Source: a virus. From it: a stretch of DNA of 64,000 bases. The position numbers were made by a program, and so were the translations under genes. Position 1 is the stretch's first letter. Each line of letters opens with the position of its first letter. Below the pieces are notes generated by a model. The model saw nothing but the letters and a program-made list of their open reading frames with translations. It was not told where the DNA came from and did no database searches. Where the stretch lies: positions 1 to 64,000 of IMG/VR virus record IMGVR_UViG_3300017598_000768. One strand, written 5' to 3'. This document shows, piece by piece, positions 35,705 to 45,646 of the stretch.

Positions 35705-38700
35705 CTATATCGTGAGTTCTTTCATTTCAGCTGCATTCAGTCCTACCGAAATCCCCGCCGATAACGGCACAGACATCTTGTAGCCAAAGTCTCTCTCAAT
35801 AGGCGGATTCTCCATCTCGTACTTGACTATTTTAGCGTAATCTTCTACCTTCGAATTATCTTTTACCTCGTATACCAGTTCGTCATGGATAAACAAGACG
35901 TTTCTGAACTCCTCCGGATTCAAATCCCTCTTGTCAATTTCGTTGTTCGCCATCAATACAACATCTGACGACGGATTCTGGATTGGATGATTCACTGCCA
36001 TCCTTTCTGCTCTCCTCTTAACGCCATAATTCTTTGCATTAATTTCCGGTAGACGCCTTCTCCTGCCAAAGATGCTTTCTACATACCCCAGAATCTTGCA
36101 CGACTCGATTATCCTACGGTGGTACTTCGGAAGCCCCGGATACATACCAAAGAACACTTTGATGTACTCCTTCGCCTGCTTCAACGTCAGCTTCACTCCA
36201 TACTCTCTCCACGAATACTCAACAAAACCGTCTGGAGACATCAAAAACAACAGACCAAAATTCACTGCCTTTGCACTTTGCCTCCCTTTCTCAATTCCTG
36301 CCTTGTCAAGCCTATCCCATTTCGGATGCCCAATTAGCCTCTCCGCTGTCGCAAGGTGAATATCTCGGTGATCAATGAACACCTGTTTCATGTTCTTGTC
36401 TCCAGACACCTCAGCAGCCCATCTCAATTCAGAGTTCTTCGACACAAGGCCATTCGCCAATACATACGTATGGACGTTCTCAACCTCAATCTGACAGGTT
36501 TCGACCATCCCAACCTCTCGTATTTCAACAACCTTATGGTTTCGCGGCCTCCTTGGAAAAAACAGATTGCTGCACCTTTTCGAACACGTTGTCTCATGCG
36601 CTTTCGACGGCGGCCTGTAAAACGTCGTTCCGCACACAGGGCAGGTTTTCGTCGCCCCGCTCCTTCGACCATACATCGGGTTGTTTCTTCCAGACGCATG
36701 TATCGACTTATGCTGCGAAACAGTTAATACTTCAATATTGCTCCGTACCCAGTTCACCTTGTCGAAATCTTCGTGGTGCGTCTCATACCCTTCAGGCACT
36801 TCACCTCCGGCTAAGTAGTTCGCCACTACGATATGCTTTCTCACTTGCTGCTTATCTTCGACCCACCATCCTCGGCTTGAAATGCCCCAAGTCGGATAGT
36901 CACTACCACTCGACCAGACATGCATTAGCTTATCTCCGACGACAATTTGATCTGCAAACTGCCACTCCCCAGACCACATTCTAAATCTGTGATCTACGGA
37001 ACACTTCGTACTGGAGCCATCTTCCAGCACAATCTCGATTACTTTCTTGAGACCTGTACTGCCTCCACTCACAACATTCTGGAACGTCAGCTCTCCGTCG
37101 TCGTCAACCGTCAGAACTGGCGTCAGTCTTTCAATAACCTGAGCCAGTGTCTGCACACCATCTATCGTGATAAGCTCCGTCTCCGGGACTAAACATTGCT
37201 CTTGATCTGACGCCATCAACAGATAGCCTGGCCTTGCAACAATTAAACGCCTTATCTGTTTTGACGCCTCGGACCTTTTGGGATTGTTCATCATGTTCGG
37301 GTCGCTGCTTGCAACCCTTCCAGTAACCGCCCTCGTCAACGTATTCGACGAATGGACTCTCCCGTCATACTTCACATGCTTTCTGAATCCATTCAGATAG
37401 CGGCTATCCAACGTGTGATACTCGCTCCACTCGTCAAAAGCCTTCAAGAATCGTCGCGCCGGTGCTGGAATACGTGAAGCCAGCAATTTCTTCCTGACCT
37501 CCTTGTCAACAGACCATGCATCTCCACCCTTCGTTTTCTTTACAGGCGGAAGTCCAAAACCTCTTTCATTAAACAACACGTCCCTTACCAAATCGTCGCG
37601 TGTCAGCTTTAGCCCTTTTTTCTGGTGAAGCTCCATCTCCTTGACTGCGTCAGGGGCTACATTCATCGCAATGTTAAAATTCTTCTTGATCACCTTCCTC
37701 ACTGCCTTCTGCACTTCAGGAAGCTCCTCAAGATCAATCGCGGCTCCGTTCTCTTCAAGCCAAAACAGCGATCGGTGTAATGTCGGCTGGACAAAACGCG
37801 CCGTGTAGCGGAGAAGTCTGAAATTCTCCTTCTTTCTCAGCTCCTCTCTAATTGCAAGACCAGCCTGCAACGTTATGTCAGCATCAGCACACGCATACGG
37901 CGTCCTATCGTGCGTTGGGACCGCAAGCATGTCTGCTTTGTCGTGCTTCTGCTCGAACACCAGATTGTAGTTCCCTCTTACATCAGTGAACGCTCGCTGA
38001 ACAGCAACCAGACTTGCCAACTGGAAATTATTTTCGTCTATGACGTGTGCCGCCGCCTGTACATCCATAGCATAGCCTTGAATCTTCGGCGGCTCAATTT
38101 CATTACGTCTGCATAGAGCATGAATCGAATGCAGATCGTAATTCCCGGCAAACAAATACTTTCTGATCTTCGGGTTTTCAACAAACGATAGCAGATCGAG
38201 CACCTTCCGCTCAAAATTATCCGCTCGCTTCACGTACACCGTTGTCGGTGCTTTCCGCTTCTTACCTTCCTCCTTTCGAGGCCATGTTATCGTAAAATCG
38301 TAATCGTCCTCATCACCTTCTTCATACAATATCACATCATACGCCTGCCCCTTCATCAAAGATATTGAATAAGACAACATCAGAAAGTTTTCGTCCATCC
38401 AATCTTTGCCTTGGGTTTCTGTATCAATACTTGCGTCAAATGGCAAGACCATCTCACGCAAAAAATCCAAGGACTGAACTTCCTGATAGTCTGTCTCCCT
38501 GTCCTCCTTCAGTGGCTTAAACTTATTCCGTATAAACGCAATCAGCGAATCCATGCTCTGCTCAAATATGAGCTTCTTCGACGGATTTCGCAGAATGTAT
38601 GCTGGGTGAAACATCGGTAATACCCAGCAGTTAAACTCCTTGTTCCACCTCCAGCCCTCGTCTATCGCCTTCGTGATTCCACTCTTACGTTCAATCTGCC

Positions 38701-39064
38701 TAAGCGCAATGTCTCCCAAACAAACAACCGCTTTTGGCTTCATGAAATGCAACAACTTCTCAAGCTTCACTCTGCAACATTTGAGAACCTTTGTAATTTC
38801 TTTCGCCGACATTTCATCTTTATTAATCATGCAACGTCCCGAGTTTGCCAGCATTGTCTTTGGGATACTCAAACCTTTGCCCTTCGCCGTTTCTCGTAAA
38901 AGCACTCCTGCATCACCGATAAAAGGTTTCGGCGGCCTTGCAAATATCTCACTCTTACCAGGCGATTCTCCGACCCATACTATCTTTGCGTTTGTTGGCC
39001 CTGAATACGGAACCTCTGTTTTCTTGCGAAGGGGACACTCCAGACACAACCCTGTCTTTGCCAT
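35705..39064 (-). CDS. polA: family A DNA polymerase with N-terminal family-4 uracil-DNA glycosylase domain and an intein
   Basis: UDG GESPG, HPAY and four Cys; exonuclease DTET, YD, YACAD; polymerase TGR.ASSDPN, D..Q|SELR, R.SAKAVNFG, RRR.PEI, N.PIQ, IHDEL. Confidence 0.92.
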   Translation of the reverse strand: MAKTGLCLECPLRKKTEVPYSGPTNAKIVWVGESPGKSEIFARPPKPFIGDAGVLLRETAKGKGLSIPKTMLANSGRCMINKDEMSAKEITKVLKCCRVKLEKLLHFMKPKAVVCLGDIALRQIERKSGITKAIDEGWRWNKEFNCWVLPMFHPAYILRNPSKKLIFEQSMDSLIAFIRNKFKPLKEDRETDYQEVQSLDFLREMVLPFDASIDTETQGKDWMDENFLMLSYSISLMKGQAYDVILYEEGDEDDYDFTITWPRKEEGKKRKAPTTVYVKRADNFERKVLDLLSFVENPKIRKYLFAGNYDLHSIHALCRRNEIEPPKIQGYAMDVQAAAHVIDENNFQLASLVAVQRAFTDVRGNYNLVFEQKHDKADMLAVPTHDRTPYACADADITLQAGLAIREELRKKENFRLLRYTARFVQPTLHRSLFWLEENGAAIDLEELPEVQKAVRKVIKKNFNIAMNVAPDAVKEMELHQKKGLKLTRDDLVRDVLFNERGFGLPPVKKTKGGDAWSVDKEVRKKLLASRIPAPARRFLKAFDEWSEYHTLDSRYLNGFRKHVKYDGRVHSSNTLTRAVTGRVASSDPNMMNNPKRSEASKQIRRLIVARPGYLLMASDQEQCLVPETELITIDGVQTLAQVIERLTPVLTVDDDGELTFQNVVSGGSTGLKKVIEIVLEDGSSTKCSVDHRFRMWSGEWQFADQIVVGDKLMHVWSSGSDYPTWGISSRGWWVEDKQQVRKHIVVANYLAGGEVPEGYETHHEDFDKVNWVRSNIEVLTVSQHKSIHASGRNNPMYGRRSGATKTCPVCGTTFYRPPSKAHETTCSKRCSNLFFPRRPRNHKVVEIREVGMVETCQIEVENVHTYVLANGLVSKNSELRWAAEVSGDKNMKQVFIDHRDIHLATAERLIGHPKWDRLDKAGIEKGRQSAKAVNFGLLFLMSPDGFVEYSWREYGVKLTLKQAKEYIKVFFGMYPGLPKYHRRIIESCKILGYVESIFGRRRRLPEINAKNYGVKRRAERMAVNHPIQNPSSDVVLMANNEIDKRDLNPEEFRNVLFIHDELVYEVKDNSKVEDYAKIVKYEMENPPIERDFGYKMSVPLSAGISVGLNAAEMKELTI
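36434..37195 (-). mobile_element. intein (254 aa) with HNH homing endonuclease
   Basis: Begins CLVPET, block B CSVDHRF, ends TYVLANGLVSKN/S; HHEDFDKVNW..N..H HNH, NPMYGR and CPVC..C..C. Confidence 0.9.
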
Positions 39065-39073
39065 GGACTCCTC

Positions 39074-39838
39074 CTATTTCTTCAACCTTTTGAGTGTCTT
39101 TCTCGCAATCTCTTCTTCCGACTTAACTGACAGCAGCGCCATTACAAAACCCACACAACCGTTCTTCAGACCATGCCCCTTCTTTCTCGATCTAATCTGC
39201 ACCGGATCTCCAACAGTATTCGCATACCAGTCGGATCGTGGAAATCGCCCAAACAAGAAATCATAATACTGAGACTGTATCGCAAACAGCCTGTCTCTTT
39301 TCTTGTCTTGCATCCATATAAGCTCAAGCTCTCCCAAATCCTTCAAATACCACAGCACCGGCTCTATTTTTACAAAGTCCTTCGTCTTGCACCAACTAAG
39401 CACAACCTGAGTCGCTTTCTTTTTGAGATCGTCCTCTGCCCTGCCAACAGGCACCATCCCTTTCATCGGCTTCCCGAGATACATGACCTCTTTGTTAGTC
39501 GTTATGAGCTTCCCTCCTACTGACAGCTGAATCCACGGATGTACTGACACCAACGCCTTGTTCGAATCCCTGCTCTTTCTGGCACCAAACGGAACTCCTT
39601 CCTGCAACGGCTTCAACTTCTGCCGCGTCTGTTTTACCACCTCCTTCCCTTTCTCCGTCACTTGTCCACCAGTTACAATTAATCCTGCTTCAGTCAGTCG
39701 TGGCACCGTCTCTGGATCTCTAATCACTTCGCGATCGTTTACAGCTACTTTCCACTTGCTGTTGTGAGACAGCAACGCCACCAAGTCGGCTTTCTTCAAA
39801 TTCTTCACATCGCTCCTCCTTCCTCTGAATTTTAGCAT
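39074..39838 (-). CDS. hypothetical protein
   Basis: 254-aa basic ORF, first gene after the promoter. Confidence 0.7.
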   Translation of the reverse strand: MLKFRGRRSDVKNLKKADLVALLSHNSKWKVAVNDREVIRDPETVPRLTEAGLIVTGGQVTEKGKEVVKQTRQKLKPLQEGVPFGARKSRDSNKALVSVHPWIQLSVGGKLITTNKEVMYLGKPMKGMVPVGRAEDDLKKKATQVVLSWCKTKDFVKIEPVLWYLKDLGELELIWMQDKKRDRLFAIQSQYYDFLFGRFPRSDWYANTVGDPVQIRSRKKGHGLKNGCVGFVMALLSVKSEEEIARKTLKRLKK

Positions 39839-39853
39839 TACCTCTATTATAAT

Positions 39854-39882
39854 AAGGTACCATTTCGTCCTCTAAATGTCAA
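39854..39882 (-). promoter_or_regulatory. sigma70-type promoter
   Basis: TTGACA-17 nt-TACCTT with extended -10 TG. Confidence 0.6.
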
Positions 39883-40186
39883 TAATTTTCCGTTCAAGCC
39901 AGAAAAATGCTGACTCGCTCAATCAGGTTTGAATATAAGTATAAGGGGTGTCCTGAGATCTTTTGACATGAGGCTTTACATAGCCCTTTTGAAATTCGCG
40001 TGGCGGTAGGAATGATAAGGGTTTACAATGATTCGCACGCTTTCGGTATCTCACCAAAGCCCTTTCTGGTTCAACTTAACTTCAAAACGCGCGAAACGCT
40101 TTATTTGCGCATGGAACGCTATTTTTTTGGCTCAGCGCATTCCCGCCAAATATTTCCTACGAAGGGACGGTTGCAAGCGATTGCAC

Positions 40187-41104
40187 TTAATGAGGCCAAT
40201 TCGACAGCCAGTCTTCGATATCCTCCGTCATCTGACCTCTAATAATTTTTCTGTGATCTTCGCAAGTCGACAGAACACTGTCCAAAATCGAAAACCAAAT
40301 TCGCCTGCTGCCTCTCCTCTGACTGTCAATAAATCGTGTGGCGAGATCTACACCTCCAAATAAATAATTCGCGATCGTTCTATTTCGAACATAATCGTCT
40401 TTGTTCCAGCTATACCCTCTCCTGTCTCCATGGTGATACAACGGCTCGCCCGGCATGATCCACTTCTTTCTGCCAGTAACAGCAAGGGCAAAATTCATAA
40501 AATTTTCGCCTCCGCCATAGATCCCAAGCTCGGCAGGCCAGCCTCCCAATTCATCATACAGTTTTCGGGTCATCATCATTCCGCACGTAGACATGCACGG
40601 AACCTCGTATGGAAAATCTGCATCCCAATACCCTTTAAAGGTATAATGAATATCTCCGACTGAGAGGTCTGACTTCAGCCCATAAATCAGCTTCTTCCTT
40701 TCAAGGATTTGATACGTGAGCGGAAGATGCATCGTGCCATTCAAAGATTCGTGGTTTTCTCTGTAATACTCGAACATCTTCCAAAGAGCCCCTCTCCCAA
40801 CCATGCAGTGGGCGTCGCAATGCCACAGGAACTTCCCGGACGAATTTTCTATTCCGACTCGCTTTGCATTCCAATGCGACAGCTTATCATTATATTTCAC
40901 AACCTTCAGCCATGGATGATACTTCCTGATCCCCCACATGTACGGGGTCCCTCTATCTTCTTTGCCTACTGACGGGTGAAAGTTATCGATCGCAATGATC
41001 TCAAAATTCACTCTTCCTCTAAGCTCCTCTACAATGCTCCGGATCGTGAAAACCACTTGAGCCCATTCATTCACGAACGGCACGATGCAACTAAGCTCTA
41101 TCAT
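40187..41104 (-). CDS. glycosyltransferase family 2 (GT-A)
   Basis: SCIVPFVNE, IIAIDN, CDAH (DxH, as in polypeptide GalNAc-transferase-like GTs), ELGGW..LGIYGGGE. Confidence 0.85.
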   Translation of the reverse strand: MIELSCIVPFVNEWAQVVFTIRSIVEELRGRVNFEIIAIDNFHPSVGKEDRGTPYMWGIRKYHPWLKVVKYNDKLSHWNAKRVGIENSSGKFLWHCDAHCMVGRGALWKMFEYYRENHESLNGTMHLPLTYQILERKKLIYGLKSDLSVGDIHYTFKGYWDADFPYEVPCMSTCGMMMTRKLYDELGGWPAELGIYGGGENFMNFALAVTGRKKWIMPGEPLYHHGDRRGYSWNKDDYVRNRTIANYLFGGVDLATRFIDSQRRGSRRIWFSILDSVLSTCEDHRKIIRGQMTEDIEDWLSNWPH

Positions 41105-41505
41105 ATCCTCCCTCCTTGTCTTCTGAAGCCACGTGCTTTCAACACTTCTTGCTTGAACTTCGGAAAATCACCTACCAACGCACTTGACAGATCAAGCACA
41201 TCCTCCACCTTAATCGACGCAAAATGGACAACGTGAGCAGAAGCGAGTCTCACCTGCTTCCCCTTCATCTTCTTTATCTTCGCTTTAAAACCTGCCGACT
41301 TCTTGATCAGACCATAATAATCTAAAGCGAGAACCAAATCTGTACCAACTGTTGTCCCTATTATCTTCCCAAATGACGAAGCCGTCAATCTTCCGTCACG
41401 AACGGCTACAAGTTCAAGCTGCCCGAGCACACCTTTGCGAACTCCAGACAACATCACCTCTTCTTCAAACCTGCCTAAATACTTTCTGAAGTCTGTTCTT
41501 TTCAT
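41101..41505 (-). CDS. hypothetical protein
   Basis: ATGA-coupled on both sides. Confidence 0.6.
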   Translation of the reverse strand: MKRTDFRKYLGRFEEEVMLSGVRKGVLGQLELVAVRDGRLTASSFGKIIGTTVGTDLVLALDYYGLIKKSAGFKAKIKKMKGKQVRLASAHVVHFASIKVEDVLDLSSALVGDFPKFKQEVLKARGFRRQGGRI

Positions 41506-42005
41506 TTTGGTCTCTTTATCATCCTTGCGGGCGATCCAACATAAATGGCTCCTGGAACGTCGCAGTTCTTTGTCACGTATGACATTGCCCCGATTTTTAC
41601 CCTATCAGCAATCTTGATACCGAAGTTTATCACAGTCGCCGTACCTATAAAAACATCTTCACCTACTATGATCGGGTTCTGGTGAGGATCTCCTTTGGCA
41701 TCCATGTAAATCGTCATCACGTTCGGAGAGATAAAAACATTCTCACGCACAATCACATTTCGCGCAATCGTAACCCCGTACTTCAGAATCGACCCGTCGC
41801 CGACTTCGTTACTTCCAGAGCTTCGCACATAGCTGTCAAGGATAACTCCGTGTCCGATTTTAGTCCCTGCCTTCAGATGTACGTAGCTTCCAATAACAGC
41901 TCCATTCCCAATAACAACTCCGTCTTCTATAACGCAGAAATGCCCAATGTTGAAATTGACACCTATATCAACATGCTTTCCTATGACATTACCATTCACC
42001 ATCAT
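41502..42005 (-). CDS. hexapeptide-repeat (left-handed beta-helix) acyltransferase
   Basis: [LIV]G hexad repeats, GAMSYVTK, YVGSPAR; start re-placed after GGAGG. Confidence 0.8.
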   Translation of the reverse strand: MMVNGNVIGKHVDIGVNFNIGHFCVIEDGVVIGNGAVIGSYVHLKAGTKIGHGVILDSYVRSSGSNEVGDGSILKYGVTIARNVIVRENVFISPNVMTIYMDAKGDPHQNPIIVGEDVFIGTATVINFGIKIADRVKIGAMSYVTKNCDVPGAIYVGSPARMIKRPK

Positions 42006-42750
42006 AACCTCCAATCCTTCTTGCGGGCGATCCGACATACGTTCCCGGCTTCTCAATATCTTTTGACGCCACAGACCCGATGCCCAAACGCACTCCAGAA
42101 GCAATCTTGATGTTATCCCTCACCAACGCACCCATCCCAAACCAACAGCCTTCCCCTATCTTTGCCGATCCTCCGATATGAACATTCTCCGCCAACATCG
42201 TTCCAGCCCCTATTTCGACGTTATGTCCAACATTGCAATGGCCTCCAATTTTCACCTCTTCCATAAGAACCGTCGAGTCAATAGTCCCTCTGTTGACTAT
42301 ACTAAGCGGCCCCACTTCAACAGCATCTCTCATTACAATATTGCCCATGTGCTTCATACGAACCAGCCCAGACTCTCCACGAACAAATCGCATTCCTTCA
42401 GCACCAATCACCGCTGTTGGGTGTATCACAACCGATGGAGCAAATTCATTCGCTGCTGGAGTCCTATGCCGGTTTACCTCGTTGTGAAACAACACGAACG
42501 TCTTTATCAAACCATCCACAACTATCGGCCTAATCTTCTTCTTAACTTCCACAGGCAACTGCTGAGCACGATATGAAAGCTCCTTCGGCACCAACGTGAA
42601 CAAATCTACACTCATCGCACTTAGAATTGACAACCACCGCTCATCCTTCGCAAACGTCACTGAGTTGCGTTTCGGATTCTTTATCGTACATGTCGCACGA
42701 AAACCGTGAGTCAGCCTAATCAGCTCATCTAACGTTACATGCCCTATCAT
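41989..42750 (-). CDS. LpxD-like N-acyltransferase
   Basis: [29 protein letters not shown]....KI....NVGHNVEIG. Confidence 0.8.
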   Translation of the reverse strand: MIGHVTLDELIRLTHGFRATCTIKNPKRNSVTFAKDERWLSILSAMSVDLFTLVPKELSYRAQQLPVEVKKKIRPIVVDGLIKTFVLFHNEVNRHRTPAANEFAPSVVIHPTAVIGAEGMRFVRGESGLVRMKHMGNIVMRDAVEVGPLSIVNRGTIDSTVLMEEVKIGGHCNVGHNVEIGAGTMLAENVHIGGSAKIGEGCWFGMGALVRDNIKIASGVRLGIGSVASKDIEKPGTYVGSPARRIGGYDGEW

Positions 42751-43460
42751 ATTATCTCCAATGCATTCACTTGATCAATAATCTTCGCCGGAACTCCATA
42801 AACAACTGCATACGGTGGGACGTCCTTCGTCACGACGGCACCCATCCCAACCATCGAATTAGCTCCAATCTCTACGCCCGGAGCAATCGTGACGGAACAA
42901 GCAATCCGAGCAGCTCGTCTGATTATAAAAGGCTCATCTACATAATTGATAATATGCCTTCGCTGGTGCGCCATGCGCGGATCGTTCGCCCCAGTAAAAA
43001 GCATACCTATAAATACCTTGTCTTCTATAACCACGCCCCTCGTAATGCTACAGTGCGTATGAATAAGCACATCGTCTCCAATTTGACTTAGTCCCTCGAA
43101 CACAGTCAAGTGACCTACCCTCGTATTATTTCCTATCTTTGTTTTCGGTCGTAGTACACATCCATTCCCTATGAACGAGTTCTCCCCTATTTCGCACTCC
43201 TCCTCTATCACAACATTGTGGCAGATTCGAGTTCCTGCGCCTATCTTACAGCCTCCACTAATCACGCAGCCTCTTCCGGTTGAAACGTTCGGACCTATCT
43301 GAACTATTCCGCTGCTCTTGCTGAAATCAAAAACCAAGTCGCCGCTTATCTCGGTGTCCACTCCATGCCGCACGCTGCCAGCCTGTATCCCTTGATGGAT
43401 AGAGAAAAACTTTCTAAACTCCGGAGGCGGCATTGGCTCAATTTTTAGTCTGTCCTCCAT
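42747..43460 (-). CDS. hexapeptide-repeat sugar N-acetyltransferase (WbpD/WxcM-like)
   Basis: [23 protein letters not shown]...VYGVPA. Confidence 0.85.
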   Translation of the reverse strand: MEDRLKIEPMPPPEFRKFFSIHQGIQAGSVRHGVDTEISGDLVFDFSKSSGIVQIGPNVSTGRGCVISGGCKIGAGTRICHNVVIEEECEIGENSFIGNGCVLRPKTKIGNNTRVGHLTVFEGLSQIGDDVLIHTHCSITRGVVIEDKVFIGMLFTGANDPRMAHQRRHIINYVDEPFIIRRAARIACSVTIAPGVEIGANSMVGMGAVVTKDVPPYAVVYGVPAKIIDQVNALEII

Positions 43461-44391
43461 TACTCCCCCTTTCGCGCTCAAATAGCTTTAGCAACTGCGC
43501 TGCCTGAACCTCACAGCTGTACTTCTCTCTGACAAATGACTGCCCCTGCTTTGCAATCCGCTCCCGCTCCTCCTCATGCTCCAAGTAATACCTTGCCTTT
43601 GCTTCAAAATCCTCCAACCCATTGAACAGCACAAGGTGCTCGCCGTCTATCAGCCCAACTTTCTTGAAATCGTTTGGCCTCTCTGTCAGCATGAACGTTC
43701 CACTTGCCAGGCATTCAAAATACTTCAACGTCATCTCATTCCATTCACCATTCGCACACGCGAAAATCTTTGACTTTACAATCGCGTCTCTGTAACCCTC
43801 CGCAGGCAGTCTTTCTTTTCCAACTCCTCCGACAAGCGTTGATACTCCGCTCATCTTACTTATGTGCTGCTGCAACGGTCTCCTTCGTGGATAAGCCCAG
43901 CTCACAGTGGCAAAAACTGCCATAATGTCTATGGACTTCTCTGCTTTCTTCCCATCAAAGAACTTCGTATCTACCGACCAAGGAAACCAATACGCTTTGA
44001 TGCGGGCAGGCAGTGCTTCATCATTCTGGTGTTTCTGAAAAAATCTCAACATCTGCTGGCTTCGTAGAATCGCAATATCATATCTGTTTTTTCTGATGTG
44101 CTTGTGCATCGCTTTGAAATTGCGCGGTAGATAATCACCAAGAAAAATCACCTTCAGCGCGTTCATTGATCCGATCCCTTCAAACTGGTGGTTGTACTTG
44201 AAATCTCCAGTGATCACTACATCGAACGGCCCAAGCTCCTTCTCTACCTGAGGCACGAACAGATTTCCGCTATGCTTCCACCTCCAGCCATACATCAAAG
44301 CATTGGACTGATTCTCTACTTCTTCCAGCACTGACTGGACAGCCCAGCTGTACCTCGCTGTCAGATTCGGATGAATGATCAGAATTCTCAT
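43438..44391 (-). CDS. CgeB/YkvP-like glycosyltransferase (GT-B)
   Basis: [43 protein letters not shown]. Confidence 0.85.
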   Translation of the reverse strand: MRILIIHPNLTARYSWAVQSVLEEVENQSNALMYGWRWKHSGNLFVPQVEKELGPFDVVITGDFKYNHQFEGIGSMNALKVIFLGDYLPRNFKAMHKHIRKNRYDIAILRSQQMLRFFQKHQNDEALPARIKAYWFPWSVDTKFFDGKKAEKSIDIMAVFATVSWAYPRRRPLQQHISKMSGVSTLVGGVGKERLPAEGYRDAIVKSKIFACANGEWNEMTLKYFECLASGTFMLTERPNDFKKVGLIDGEHLVLFNGLEDFEAKARYYLEHEEERERIAKQGQSFVREKYSCEVQAAQLLKLFERERGSNGGQTKN

Positions 44392-45047
44392 ATCGTCACT
44401 CTCTTTGGCGGCTTTACTTCATCCTTGTAAACAAAGCACATGCTGTCATAGAAATGCATCGACGTTATAAACTGCTCAGTGTACCTGTACGTTTGTGGAT
44501 TCTTCTCCGCAAACTTCTCTGCGCGTGGGCTTCTGCGAGCCCATGGGCACAAATCATCTATCAGGTCTCTCAATAAATTGATCGTATTTGCTCCACTCTT
44601 GCTCCAGAACTTAGGCCAGTACGATGTATGCAGATCCTCAAACACATAAATCCCGCCCAGTCGCATCAGAGGGAACAGCACCGCAAAAGACGTGATCTGG
44701 TCATCCATAACATGACTGCCATCATCAATGACTATGTCGAATCCTCCAGCCTCCTCTGATACCTGTCGAAGAAACTTCGGATCGCCTTGACTTCCTATAG
44801 AAGCCCTGATGCGATCCCCTTCATGCCGCTTGCAGTACTTGTCTACGTCAATCCCAAAAATCTGTGCGTTTGGAAAATACTTCTGCCACATCCACAGCCC
44901 ACCTCCATTCTGAACTCCTATCTCTAAGAGATTCAACTCACGGTGCTTCAACGGCTGGAAATGATGCTGATACGCTTTGAAATAATGCATGTATTTATCA
45001 GTCGTCTTGCCAACTTTCTTAGTCCTCGCTGCATCCAAAACAGTCAT
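44388..45047 (-). CDS. sugar O-methyltransferase (MycE/Methyltransf_24-like)
   Basis: TDK..HY..Y, LLEIGVQNGG..W.KYFP, DIVIDDGSH, GGIYVFEDLHTSYW. Confidence 0.88.
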   Translation of the reverse strand: MTVLDAARTKKVGKTTDKYMHYFKAYQHHFQPLKHRELNLLEIGVQNGGGLWMWQKYFPNAQIFGIDVDKYCKRHEGDRIRASIGSQGDPKFLRQVSEEAGGFDIVIDDGSHVMDDQITSFAVLFPLMRLGGIYVFEDLHTSYWPKFWSKSGANTINLLRDLIDDLCPWARRSPRAEKFAEKNPQTYRYTEQFITSMHFYDSMCFVYKDEVKPPKRVTI

Positions 45048-45646
45048 ATCTTACCCCTCCTCCCAAGAAAAAGATCTGGAATAAACACCTGCCTGCGCAC
45101 CTCCAGCTCCGGATCTATTTTCCTCCACTTCGCAAAGTCTTTCATTAGTCGGTGCATCGCCGCATTATGATGCATACAGCCTTCAGGCGGCTTCTCAGTC
45201 CTATATCCTCCTTGCGCAATGAAGCCCTTGTTCCCTTTATCATGCCAGAATCCTCCGGAACCTTTAACTACATTCAGGAACTTACTGGAACAAAATACTG
45301 CTCTCCCATGGCCTCCGCTGTTGTACGCTGCCTCTCTTCCATTATTAAAGACGAACGCCTGATCTGCATCGATCGTCGCTATTCGGCTGAACACTCTGGT
45401 GTCCTTTACCTCAGTATCGTCATGGATGAACAGTACTGAAGACTGCCCATCCCACAAGTTCATCAGAAAATAATTGTACGCTCCCCACTCCAATCCTACG
45501 TTCTCCTTTAAAACCCATGCCAGATCAAGCGCATGCTTTGGAGGCATACGGTGAGCCACAATCGTTACCGTAAATCTATGGCTGACTTGCATCAGCGACG
45601 TCAGAAACGATTTTCGGAAATACCAACCACAAACGCAAATATTCAT
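45044..45646 (-). CDS. GT-A-like glycosyltransferase (tentative)
   Basis: ENVGLEWGAY, LFIHDD; TAATG coupling. Confidence 0.6.
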   Translation of the reverse strand: MNICVCGWYFRKSFLTSLMQVSHRFTVTIVAHRMPPKHALDLAWVLKENVGLEWGAYNYFLMNLWDGQSSVLFIHDDTEVKDTRVFSRIATIDADQAFVFNNGREAAYNSGGHGRAVFCSSKFLNVVKGSGGFWHDKGNKGFIAQGGYRTEKPPEGCMHHNAAMHRLMKDFAKWRKIDPELEVRRQVFIPDLFLGRRGKI

